A stretch of DNA of 64,000 nucleotides from Candidatus Buchananbacteria bacterium (GCA_013359225.1 JABWCG010000004.1:1550-65549); one strand, 5' to 3'. Positions 10,589 to 19,207 are shown, counted from the first letter of the stretch. Numbers and translations: made by a program. Notes: generated by a model from the sequence alone, not told the origin.

Positions 10589-12394
10589 ATGAAAAGAAAA
10601 GGACTTTCGATTTTATTGACATTTGCATTGGTATTCTTTATGTTTGGTAGTACTGTTAATGCAGATAATGTAAAAAAGCCGTTACCTGATTTCACAAAAG
10701 CAAGTACTGTGGAAAAGAAATCTGTATCTACCACTGGAGAAAATGAAAAAAGCATAGAGCTTAAACTTGAAGGTCCAGTTAAATCAATGGCATGGGAAAC
10801 CCAAAAAATCTATCCTGATTTGCAAAAGCATTTAGACAGCCTTAAACCTGATGAGACCATAAAAGTTGACGTGTGCTTGGATTATAATTCGGACGTAACA
10901 GTAGATACATTTGTAAACAAGATTGTGTCCCAAGAAAAAGGTACATTTGGTAATACTAAAATTGAAAAACGCACGGCATTCCATTTCCTTACGGATGTCA
11001 ATAAACAACAAATTGATGCCCTGTCTAAAATGAAAGAAGTAAAATATATCAAGCTACCAGCAGTAAAGCAACAAATTAGCACTCCTAAAAAGACGAATGG
11101 ATTATTAAGCGACAGTGGAATCATCCCAATGATTAATGCATCAACTGAGATGACCGGAGCCAAAAAAGCACGCCAGGATTATGGCGTCACAGGGAATCGT
11201 GATGGAAATGAAACAAGTTACAGCAGCAATGATGTAGTAGTAGCCATCATTGATACTGGGATTGACAATACCCACGTTGATTTAGACGGCGGAAAAGTTA
11301 TCGGCTGGAGAGACTTTGTAAATAATAATGCAACCCCCTATGACGATAATGGACATGGTACGATGGTATCAAGCATCGTGGCGGGAACGGGCGAAGGAGA
11401 TCCGGGCATTGAAGTCGGTTTTGCACCTGGTGCAGCATTGGTTGGAATAAAAGTTGCTGATAGCACGGGAGGTTGGACAATTGATGATCTGGTTGACGGT
11501 ATTGATTGGGCTGTCGCAAACAGAACTACTTTAGGGATAAGAGTCATTAATATAAGCTTGGGTGCATACGGCAACAGCTCTAGTGAAATTGACGCCGTCA
11601 ATACTGCAATTACGAATGCAAATAATGTAGGAATTGCAGTAGTAGTAGCAGCGGGAAATGATGGCCCAGAGTATGATAATATGAGCCAATTGGTTTCATG
11701 TGATGATCCAATAGTAGTTGGTAGTATGGCTGACCCATATGAGGGTGGCTGGTATCCTAGTCTTTTCTCTTCACGTGGGACAGGCACCACAGGTCCTCTC
11801 ATTATGGCTCCTGGAGAAAATATAAGGGCAGCTGAGGCTAATTCGACAAATGAGTATGTTACCGAAAGTGGAACATCTTTCTCAACTCCAGCAATATCAG
11901 GAATTATTGCATTAATGATGGATGCAAGTAACGGAAGCTCAACCCTGAACTTCTATATCGAAGACTTTGGTAAATCAGGCTTCGATCCTGTTTGTGGCAA
12001 TGGTGAGGTTTTGGCTTACGATTCCATCAAGGCAGCTGGAGGATACTCATCAGGCTCCTTTAATGATTATCGAGATCATATTCGCGCTTCTGACACCATG
12101 CAGCAAGGAGATATACATGCTTACGACATTAACGTTTATGCAACAAGTTCCAATTTATATTGGGCAACAACCCTTATTATGACTGATGAGGACAGTGATG
12201 ATTTTGACCTATATATTTGGAATCCAGGGAGTGATCCTTCTGTTGATCCTCCGGATTACTCAAGCACATCAGTCGATCCCCAGGAAGTTATAAGTTTTAA
12301 ACCTACTACTACCGGAGTTTACACTGTTGCTGTTCATGCATTCTCAGGCAATGGTAACTATGCTTTAGACTTTTCTGGCCAAATTCGTCCTTAA
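10589..12394 (+). CDS. secreted subtilisin-like serine protease (peptidase S8) with N-terminal propeptide and C-terminal pre-peptidase (PPC) domain
   Basis: Catalytic triad motifs DTGID, HGTMV, GTSFSTP in correct order; Firmicute-like signal peptide MKRKGLSILLTFALVFFMFGSTVNA; AAAGGAG RBS 12 nt upstream of ATG; PPC-like tail; about 35% GC. Confidence 0.85.
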   Translation: MKRKGLSILLTFALVFFMFGSTVNADNVKKPLPDFTKASTVEKKSVSTTGENEKSIELKLEGPVKSMAWETQKIYPDLQKHLDSLKPDETIKVDVCLDYNSDVTVDTFVNKIVSQEKGTFGNTKIEKRTAFHFLTDVNKQQIDALSKMKEVKYIKLPAVKQQISTPKKTNGLLSDSGIIPMINASTEMTGAKKARQDYGVTGNRDGNETSYSSNDVVVAIIDTGIDNTHVDLDGGKVIGWRDFVNNNATPYDDNGHGTMVSSIVAGTGEGDPGIEVGFAPGAALVGIKVADSTGGWTIDDLVDGIDWAVANRTTLGIRVINISLGAYGNSSSEIDAVNTAITNANNVGIAVVVAAGNDGPEYDNMSQLVSCDDPIVVGSMADPYEGGWYPSLFSSRGTGTTGPLIMAPGENIRAAEANSTNEYVTESGTSFSTPAISGIIALMMDASNGSSTLNFYIEDFGKSGFDPVCGNGEVLAYDSIKAAGGYSSGSFNDYRDHIRASDTMQQGDIHAYDINVYATSSNLYWATTLIMTDEDSDDFDLYIWNPGSDPSVDPPDYSSTSVDPQEVISFKPTTTGVYTVAVHAFSGNGNYALDFSGQIRP

Positions 12395-12449
12395 AAGCAT
12401 ACTTGCCAAGAATAAATCCAAGTCCAATCTTGGCTCCTTACCTACAGTT

Positions 12450-12490
12450 AAAAGGATTGGTGGATTTCTCCATCAATCCTTTTAATATAT
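12450..12490. terminator. strong bidirectional terminator between convergent protease and inhibitor-like genes
   Basis: 15-bp stem aaaaggattggtgga/tccatcaatcctttt (1 mismatch), 4-nt loop, flanked by A/T runs. Confidence 0.6.
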
Positions 12491-12599
12491 TCCATAAAAT
12501 CAAACCCATGCTTTTCTGTCCAAAGTGATGGATGGTTTTCATGGAGTATGTTCGGTAATGTTTACACATAGAAACTGGTCATATCGTCATTAAGATTAC

Positions 12600-13319
12600 T
12601 TATTTGACTTCAATATCCTTTACTGCCATTAATTCATCAGGGCTTATGTTTTTTCCATTTTTAAGCTTTGGAAGCAATTTCACTGTAATGGAGTATTTTC
12701 CCGGTGGAACTCTGTTACCATTATTGTCCGTGTAACCCCAGACTTCAGAAAATGAAAGTTTTTCATATTTTTTTAATTCGATTTCTATGATGGACATTAG
12801 AAAACCTTTGCCATGGGACCATCTATACACTTCATCTCCATTACTGTCTGTAATAAAAATATCAAACTTTTGACTTGAACGGAAATAAAGAGCCAGGTCT
12901 TTGTCAGAAATATTATGTAGGGAAAAGTCAAGCTTGACCCCGCTGTCTTCCTGTTTAATATCCATTTCTGTATCGAAGACCCCTGTTACAGACTTTTGAG
13001 ATTCCTCTTTTATCTGCTTTGTCCGTTCCATAAATTCAGGGTCTGTTTTTTTTATTGCCGGCAAAGAATTAGTTTCAACGGAAGCCGGTACAGGTTTTAT
13101 TTCAATCGTGCTGTTATCCTGTGGTGTGTCTCGTTGTGTTGGTGACATGCTGATTGGCATCATGCTATTTAATTGACTGACTGTATTTTTAGCGTTAAGC
13201 ATATTTTTGGTTTTGTAGTCAAATCCAAAAATATTCTTATTTAATGAACCCAATAATATTGCCGTACAGCATAAAACCAAAACAGCGATGACTTTCTTGG
13301 TTTTTTTTATAACCTTCAT
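12600..13319 (-). CDS. secreted/lipoprotein with C-terminal BsuPI-like (intracellular proteinase inhibitor) Ig-like domain
   Basis: Start trimmed to MKVIKKTKK (signal peptide, AAAGGA RBS). The C-terminal roughly 110 aa (SQKFDIFITDSNGDEVYRWSHGKGF...LSFSEVW...PPGKYSITVKL) follows the B. subtilis Ipi/BsuPI pattern as recalled from memory; AT-rich. Confidence 0.5.
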   Translation of the reverse strand: MKVIKKTKKVIAVLVLCCTAILLGSLNKNIFGFDYKTKNMLNAKNTVSQLNSMMPISMSPTQRDTPQDNSTIEIKPVPASVETNSLPAIKKTDPEFMERTKQIKEESQKSVTGVFDTEMDIKQEDSGVKLDFSLHNISDKDLALYFRSSQKFDIFITDSNGDEVYRWSHGKGFLMSIIEIELKKYEKLSFSEVWGYTDNNGNRVPPGKYSITVKLLPKLKNGKNISPDELMAVKDIEVK

Positions 13320-13472
13320 AATATTACCCATCCTTTCTTCAAATTCATTTTTCATTTTATTAGACGTAGAAGCTGTATCATTTGTTCTGTATAAGTTCAA
13401 TTTTCTACATCTCCTAAAACTTTTCGACCTGTGCAATAATAGCATAAACATATTTAAACTATCTAAACTAAC

Positions 13473-14453
13473 TTATATATTTTCCAGCCATACCCGAAAT
13501 TCCTCCAGCGTCATGTCCCCTTTTAGGCACAATTCCCGTTTTTTTCTTGCCTCCTCCGCCCATTCGTAAAAAGCTTCCTTCGTGATTTTTCCATACTTAA
13601 TCCATGCAAACCGTTTTTTGTAGGCTTTACTGTATGCTTTTAAAGCCGGTGTGTCGGCTTTCTTTTTCTCCCATAGGCGAAGCGCCCCCATTTCCTTACA
13701 GGTGCGTCCAGTGCTGTCAAAGGGCCTGTCGCAGTATTCCGTGTTGATATGTCCGGTCAGGGCAAAGAATTGATTACAGTGCTTGCAGACACGGAAGCGT
13801 ATCTCCCGTTTGATACATTCGCGCACAAAAAAATCAATGATATCGTAAATGCTTTTTGGGTATAGGACTTCGGTAAAGGTCATTGAATCAACCACTTCAA
13901 AGCTCATGCGCAGGGGTTGAAATTCAAATACTTCCGGGTCACTCAGCCTTCTATCCCTTTTGGGGTTATAGTAATCTGCCATTTTCTTTTGTATGGGTTC
14001 ATCGGGAGAGAGGATATCCAGCACATGGTTCCATAAAGCCATAAGCTGACGTTGCATGGTGGAAAGGTTCATGGGTAGGTGGGTTAGCTTCTTGCGGGGA
14101 AGCAAATCCAGAACATCTTTAAAGCCTTGTTTTTCAGCCTGTTCCAGCTTGTCCAGCCATTCCAGGCGAAGGAATTCAAAATAGACATGTACTTTTGAAA
14201 GCGTGTTTAAATCATCCTTAATCTCCTCCACCAGTTTCAAGTCTTTATCGGGATACAGGTTATAAAGGTTTTCCCCCATCCGATTAAATAACTCACTATA
14301 AGGCCAAATGTCAAGGTATAGAATATCCATCAGGCTTTGCGAAAATGCGAAGCTCTTTTTTGTTGTCTTCTGCCCGTCCCCATATTCAAAATATTCTTTT
14401 CCATCGGATATATACACTTTATAGCTACATGCCAGCTTAATCTCTAAAAGCAT
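13473..14453 (-). CDS. hypothetical protein with C-terminal Cys4 zinc-ribbon (CKHC...C..RPFDSTGRTC)
   Basis: 326 aa from internal ATG (the tool ORF starts at TTG); no family recognised. Confidence 0.4.
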   Translation of the reverse strand: MLLEIKLACSYKVYISDGKEYFEYGDGQKTTKKSFAFSQSLMDILYLDIWPYSELFNRMGENLYNLYPDKDLKLVEEIKDDLNTLSKVHVYFEFLRLEWLDKLEQAEKQGFKDVLDLLPRKKLTHLPMNLSTMQRQLMALWNHVLDILSPDEPIQKKMADYYNPKRDRRLSDPEVFEFQPLRMSFEVVDSMTFTEVLYPKSIYDIIDFFVRECIKREIRFRVCKHCNQFFALTGHINTEYCDRPFDSTGRTCKEMGALRLWEKKKADTPALKAYSKAYKKRFAWIKYGKITKEAFYEWAEEARKKRELCLKGDMTLEEFRVWLENI

Positions 14454-14457
14454 AGTT

Positions 14458-15195
14458 TTAACGACTACCAATAATTAACGCACCCGAAACCCCATTAACG
14501 GTAAAATCAATTTTTTTAAAATAAATTCGGCGTCCAGTTTCTCTAATCAACGCCCTAACTTTTGAGACAGCTGGCAACCTGACCGCCAAACTAACATACG
14601 GAGGTTTTTGCGACGAACCATACAGTTCGTTGCCGCGAATATCAGCAATGCGGCGCGGATAGGTATCCAGTGCCAACAAATTCTGGCCATACCGTGCCGG
14701 GCAATAGTTTCGAAAGGGTCGATAATACGGGGCTTCATATTTTTCCCACATTTTAATTAGCTGAGTCGGCGTATGCAAATTCCCTCGACAATTTAAAGCG
14801 CCGCAGCGACAAATGTGCTCCCGGCACTCCCCCGCCCGACATAACAAAACATCATACAAATAGTTAACGGTCAACTCTTCGCCCGGAAAAATTCGTCTCA
14901 GGGCAAAATAAATCACGTGACCCCGATACGAATGCATAGCGCAATTCGGGGCACACGCGTGATTAATTAAATGAATGCCAATTTGTTTTGGGTCGGGCAG
15001 CACAATCAATTTGTCGGTGCAGTGCATGGCGTAAAAACTTTTTTCGTTTTCTTGCCCTTCGCGCTGTTCAGAAATGACCGTGCCCAAATAATCACCGATC
15101 ACCGTACCGGGGTTAATTTCTTTTTTAGCAAAAACCCCACGGCCCTTACCTTTAATTTTTTTGACCTGCCAATAATCGGCAGAAAGTAAAAACAT
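14458..15195 (-). CDS. SET-domain protein-lysine methyltransferase with post-SET Cys cluster
   Basis: GRGVFA...GTVIGDY.G, NHACAPNC, ELTVNY and post-SET CRCGALNCRG motifs. The tool ORF extends 5' through the tRNA genes (AEWFKA/AEWSKAP are tRNA read-through), so trimmed to ATG at 15195. Confidence 0.6.
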   Translation of the reverse strand: MFLLSADYWQVKKIKGKGRGVFAKKEINPGTVIGDYLGTVISEQREGQENEKSFYAMHCTDKLIVLPDPKQIGIHLINHACAPNCAMHSYRGHVIYFALRRIFPGEELTVNYLYDVLLCRAGECREHICRCGALNCRGNLHTPTQLIKMWEKYEAPYYRPFRNYCPARYGQNLLALDTYPRRIADIRGNELYGSSQKPPYVSLAVRLPAVSKVRALIRETGRRIYFKKIDFTVNGVSGALIIGSR

Positions 15196-15207
15196 ATAGT
15201 TTAATGC

Positions 15208-15426
15208 TGGCGGAGAGGACAGGATTTGAACCTGCGAGGACTTGCGCCCATCCCGTCGTTCACGAACGACTGGACGAGATCCCACATTAATCGGAAGGGG
15301 CGAGATTCGAACTCGCGAGACCGTTGCCGGTCTACCGCTTTTCGAGAGCGGCGCTTTCGACCACTCAGCCACCCTTCCGATTAATGTGGGACAAGCCGTC
15401 GCCTTAAACCACTCGGCCACCTCTCC
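15208..15426 (-). tRNA. split tRNA-Ser-like gene: 5' half (acceptor GGAGAGG plus Ser-type D-arm, 15379..15426) and 3' half (variable hairpins plus T-arm plus CCTCTCC-G-CCA, 15208..15291) separated by the complete tRNA-Ser(CGA) and its perfect 14-bp inverted-repeat flanks
   Basis: Only two D-arms and two T-arms are present in 219 nt. The outer acceptor strands are perfectly complementary and CCA is encoded. No canonical anticodon arm could be folded for the outer molecule. Confidence 0.35.
15292..15378 (-). tRNA. tRNA-Ser (anticodon CGA), class II with long variable arm; no encoded CCA
   Basis: GGAAGGG acceptor/CCCTTCC, D-arm GCTGAGTGGTCGAAAGC, anticodon stem CCGCU/AGCGG with loop CUCGAAA, variable arm, T-arm GCGAGTTCGAATCTCGC, discriminator G; folded by hand. 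Confidence 0.7.
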
Positions 15427-15456
15427 ATTGCTTATTATTAACACATTTAATCAGTT

Positions 15457-15485
15457 TTTACAATTTAGCGTTTTTTTGTTATAAT
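15457..15485 (+). promoter_or_regulatory. sigma70-like promoter (TTTACA-17-TATAAT) for galU
   Basis: Hexamers with 17-nt spacer located 24 nt upstream of the galU ATG, in the divergent tRNA/galU intergenic region. Confidence 0.45.
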
Positions 15486-15508
15486 TTAAAACAGAATTGT
15501 TAAAAAAT

Positions 15509-16375
15509 ATGTCAAAAATTAGAAAAGTTGTTATCCCGGTTGCCGGCCTTGGCACTCGCTTCCTGCCCGCAACCAAAGCCCAGCCGAAAGAAATGTTACC
15601 GGTGGTTGATAAACCAATCATCCAATACATTGTCGAAGAGGCGGTCGCGGCCGGCATTACTGACGTAATTTTAGTAACCGGCTCAACCAAACGCGCGATT
15701 GAAGACCATTTTGATCGCAATGAAAACCTGGAAAACCATCTTAAAAAAAATGGCAAATCTAAATACTACCAGGCTGTCAAAGAGGTTGCTGAACTGGCAA
15801 ACTTTATTTTTATTCGACAAAAAGGGCCCTATGGCAACGGCACACCGGTACTTAATACTAAAGCAGTGATCGGCGATGAGCCATTTGCCGTCGTGTGGGG
15901 AGATGATATTTGGGATTGCCCAAGCCGGCCCCACATTAAACAGCTTATTGATGTTTATGAAAAATATGGCGACCCGGTAATCACCGCTTATAAGACCGAC
16001 GCCGAAGGCACATCAAAATACGGCATTATTGAGGGCACGGAAGTTGAACCAAACGTCTATCAGGTCAAATCAATCGCCGAAAAACCAGGTCCTCAAAAAG
16101 CTAAAAGCCGCATCGCTTCATTTGGCGGCTACATTTTTACGCCAGACATTTTTAATGAGCTGGAAAAAACCCCTCTGGGCAAAGGCGGCGAGCTGTGGCT
16201 GGTTGATGCAATTGCCCGACTACTCAAAAAACGCCCGATTTACGCGAAGATTATCGATGGCCAGCTCTACGACACCGGCTCAAAGCTTGGTTGGTTGAAA
16301 GCGAATGTTGAGTTTGGTCTCAAAGACAAAGAAATCAATAAAGAATTCAAAAACTTTTTGAAACATAAGCTATGA
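15509..16375 (+). CDS. galU: UTP--glucose-1-phosphate uridylyltransferase
   Basis: N-terminal KIRKVVIPVAGLGTRFLPATKAQPKEMLPVVDKP signature; start at ATG 15509 (the tool ORF starts at an upstream TTG). Confidence 0.8.
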   Translation: MSKIRKVVIPVAGLGTRFLPATKAQPKEMLPVVDKPIIQYIVEEAVAAGITDVILVTGSTKRAIEDHFDRNENLENHLKKNGKSKYYQAVKEVAELANFIFIRQKGPYGNGTPVLNTKAVIGDEPFAVVWGDDIWDCPSRPHIKQLIDVYEKYGDPVITAYKTDAEGTSKYGIIEGTEVEPNVYQVKSIAEKPGPQKAKSRIASFGGYIFTPDIFNELEKTPLGKGGELWLVDAIARLLKKRPIYAKIIDGQLYDTGSKLGWLKANVEFGLKDKEINKEFKNFLKHKL

Positions 16376-17754
16376 AAATAAAAACGAAACTTTATCTTTT
16401 AATTTTATTAGCCGTGGTGGCGGTTTCTTCCGGATTCAGCTGTAAATTTATTACGCCGTCGCAAAAGGAGTTGCTAGAACCGATTGAATTAACTTGGTGG
16501 GGTGTTACTGATGAGCCGGAAAATTTCTACGAGGTCATCGGCGATTACCAGGCCGCACACCCAAACATTAAAATTACTTACCGAAAATTACGCCTAGAAG
16601 AGTTCGAAAATGAGTTGCTGGAGGCCTTGGCCGAAGACCGCGGTCCGGATATTTTTTCCATTCATAACACCTGGGTAAATAAATATTTATCAAAAATTGA
16701 ACCCCTGCCGGCCAAAACCACCCTGGCATATCAAGTTACAAAAACCAGCCTCGGCATCAAACAAGAAACACTCATTGAAGTCCGAGACGTTCCGGCCATT
16801 ACCGCACCACAACTCAAAGAAACATTCTTAGACGTTGTCTATAATGATGTTGTGCGCGACAACAAAATTTACGGCCTGCCGCTGAGCGTTGATACGTTAG
16901 TCCTATTTTATAATCGTGACCTGCTCAATAATGCCGGCATTCCTCTGCCGCCCAAGACCTGGAATGAATTGCAAGAACAAGTTAAACGCTTGACCTTCCA
17001 AAATCAAAACGGCGACCTCATCCAATCCGGTGCTGCTCTGGGAACTGCCGAAAATATTGAGCGCAGTTCTGATATTGTTTCGCTGTTGATGATGCAAAAC
17101 GGTGCGGAAATGATTACCGGCCGAAACGTCACGTTTGGTGTTGTTCCATCCACATTCCCCGACCAAACCTATAATCCAGGTCCTGAGGCAGTCCGCTTTT
17201 ACACCGACTTTGCCAACAGTAGTAAAGAAGTATATTCATGGAATAAAACTTTTTCCAACTCCATTGACGCCTTTGCCGAAGGAAGAGTTGCCATGATCTT
17301 TGGTTATAACTATCACATCCCTATTTTAGAATCCAAACGCCAGGGCAAGCTAAACTATGGTATTAGTAATATGCCGCAAATTGAGGGCCGGACCGAAGTC
17401 AACTTTGCCAACTACTGGGTTAACACCGTTTCCAAAAAAAGCGCTCACATTAATGAAGCGTGGGATTTTATTCAATTCATAACAACTAAAAAAGCGGAAA
17501 CTGAAAAGTACCTAGCCAAAACCCTCCGGCCTACGGCACTACGAACACTGATTCAAGATCAAACCAACAACGATGCGTTAGCAGTATTTGCCAAGCAGCT
17601 TCTCACCGCTAAAAGCTGGTACCGCGGCGCTGACGCCGTGGCAGCGGAAAATGCTTTAAACGAAATGATTGAATCAATTTTAGCCGGTAACGATCTGCAA
17701 GAATCGGTAAATTTAGCCGCTCTAAAAATTCAACAAACACTTCAAACGCTATGA
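16372..17754 (+). CDS. extracellular solute-binding lipoprotein (ABC transporter substrate-binding protein, sugar family)
   Basis: Signal peptide with lipobox-like GFSC, 460 aa SBP-like; overlaps galU stop by 4 nt. Confidence 0.55.
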   Translation: MKIKTKLYLLILLAVVAVSSGFSCKFITPSQKELLEPIELTWWGVTDEPENFYEVIGDYQAAHPNIKITYRKLRLEEFENELLEALAEDRGPDIFSIHNTWVNKYLSKIEPLPAKTTLAYQVTKTSLGIKQETLIEVRDVPAITAPQLKETFLDVVYNDVVRDNKIYGLPLSVDTLVLFYNRDLLNNAGIPLPPKTWNELQEQVKRLTFQNQNGDLIQSGAALGTAENIERSSDIVSLLMMQNGAEMITGRNVTFGVVPSTFPDQTYNPGPEAVRFYTDFANSSKEVYSWNKTFSNSIDAFAEGRVAMIFGYNYHIPILESKRQGKLNYGISNMPQIEGRTEVNFANYWVNTVSKKSAHINEAWDFIQFITTKKAETEKYLAKTLRPTALRTLIQDQTNNDALAVFAKQLLTAKSWYRGADAVAAENALNEMIESILAGNDLQESVNLAALKIQQTLQTL

Positions 17755-18218
17755 AAAAAATTATTATAATATTTTTACTGGCTATCCTCGGATTGACCCT
17801 GGGCAGCCCTGCCTTAGCCCAAGAAAATAAAAAACCTTGGGTTGAAGAAATTTTAGGCGGTCCGCTGATTCCCTCCGGGTGCACCGAAAGCCAAGCTAAT
17901 GCCGGTTCTAGCCAAGTAACCAAATGCGGCCTTAATGAAATGCTGCAGGTTGGTATTAACTTTTCAAAAATCCTGCTCGCCCTAACCGGCAGCGCTGCTT
18001 TATTGATGTTTGTGTATGGCGGCGCGATGTTTATCATGGCGGCCGGCAAACAAGAAATGGTACAAAAAGGTAAAGCGGCGATGACTGCCGCCGTCATCGG
18101 CATTGTTATCATTTTAGGGGCCTATCTAATTGTCAACTTTACCATTCTTGCCCTGACTAAAGGCGAAGTCGGCGGCAATGCCACCATCTTTGGCCAACCT
18201 TTCAATCAAACTCCATAA
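17751..18218 (+). CDS. TrbC/VirB2-like pilin-family protein (paralog B, divergent; two Cys in mature N-region)
   Basis: Signal peptide, then INFSKILLALTGSAALLMFVYGGAMFIMAAGKQEMVQKGKAAMTAAVIGIVIILGAYLIV two-TM module; start overlaps SBP gene by 4 nt. Confidence 0.5.
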   Translation: MKKIIIIFLLAILGLTLGSPALAQENKKPWVEEILGGPLIPSGCTESQANAGSSQVTKCGLNEMLQVGINFSKILLALTGSAALLMFVYGGAMFIMAAGKQEMVQKGKAAMTAAVIGIVIILGAYLIVNFTILALTKGEVGGNATIFGQPFNQTP

Positions 18219-18351
18219 GATTGCCGCTAAAACATCTGGGGTTTTCATTGACACTAGCAACCAGTATTTATTATAATTTAGATAAGGTTATTTAAAATTA
18301 AGGCTGCAAGCGAAAGCAACACAGCTTCCAACCGTGAAAGGGGGTGAGAAA

Positions 18352-18711
18352 ATGAAAAAAATTGCGATTTTAACAACTTTAGGCGTAATCTTTGCCTTGA
18401 GTGCCATGCCAGTTTTGGCGATTGACACCGGCTTAAATTACGGCACTTACACTGGTTTGGGAACAAAGGACTTACGAGAAGGTATCATGAACGTCGTCAA
18501 CGTCTTGCTTGGATTCTTAGGCATTTTAGCAATCATTATTATCCTGTGGGGAGGTTTCCGCTGGCTTACTTCGGGCGGTAACGAAGAAAAAGTTGGTGAA
18601 GCTAAAAAGATTATCACCGCCGGTATTATCGGTTTGGTCATTATCTTTACGGCCTACGCCATCGCCAGCTTCGTCATCGTTCAGTTGATTCAGGCCACTG
18701 GCGCTCAATAA
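18352..18711 (+). CDS. TrbC/VirB2-like pilin-family protein (paralog C; near-identical to inverted copy A)
   Basis: AAAGGGGGTGAGAAAATG RBS-start; LLGFLGILAIIIILWGGFRWLTSGGNEEKVGEAKKIITAGIIGLVIIF...ATGAQ. Confidence 0.6.
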   Translation: MKKIAILTTLGVIFALSAMPVLAIDTGLNYGTYTGLGTKDLREGIMNVVNVLLGFLGILAIIIILWGGFRWLTSGGNEEKVGEAKKIITAGIIGLVIIFTAYAIASFVIVQLIQATGAQ

Positions 18712-18790
18712 TAACTAGTTTGAGTTTCAACGGTTATTAGATACATTCAAGCTGGGGAGACCTTCATAACTTTGGGGGTCTCCCCAATTG

Positions 18791-19207
18791 ATGAAAATTT
18801 ATAAAACCATGAAAATTTTAATTACCACAATCGTTATATTTTCAATCTTATTTTTGGTAGTCGCGCCAGATATACTACTAGCCGCCTGCCAAGGAACTGA
18901 CTGCGTCACCGCCGGACTGGAAGTAACTACCGAAAAAGCCGGGCTTGACACCGGTGCCAACGCCACCAACCTGCCCCGAATCATTGGTCGCGCCATCAAT
19001 GCTCTATTTGGCATTATCGGCGTTATTTTTCTAACCGTCGTCTTAATTGGCGGCTACGAATGGATGACATCCGGCGGCAGTGAAGAAAAAATCGCCAAGG
19101 GCAAAAAATTTATCATCAACGGCATCAACGGCATGATCGTTATTTTTTTGGCCTACGCCTTAGTCTACGTCATAATGTTTTCTCTAAGTCGCGCTACGGG
19201 CAGTTAA
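18791..19207 (+). CDS. TrbC/VirB2-like pilin-family protein (paralog D)
   Basis: Signal/TM, Cys pair in variable region, GGYEWMTSGGSEEKIAKGKKFIINGINGMIVIFLAYAL module. Confidence 0.55.
   Translation: MKIYKTMKILITTIVIFSILFLVVAPDILLAACQGTDCVTAGLEVTTEKAGLDTGANATNLPRIIGRAINALFGIIGVIFLTVVLIGGYEWMTSGGSEEKIAKGKKFIINGINGMIVIFLAYALVYVIMFSLSRATGS

Noticed and set aside
10882-11802. Antisense ORFs within the subtilase gene (10882..11163, 11298..11519, 11338..11802)
   Set aside because: Opposite strand of a high-confidence CDS; Pro/Ser-rich frame artefacts.
14458-15444. 328-aa ORF on the minus strand spanning the tRNA locus
   Set aside because: The N-terminal 83 codons (AEWFKA/AEWSKAP/RVRISPLP) are tRNA-gene read-through. 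The SET protein starts at the internal ATG (15195) with an appropriate context.
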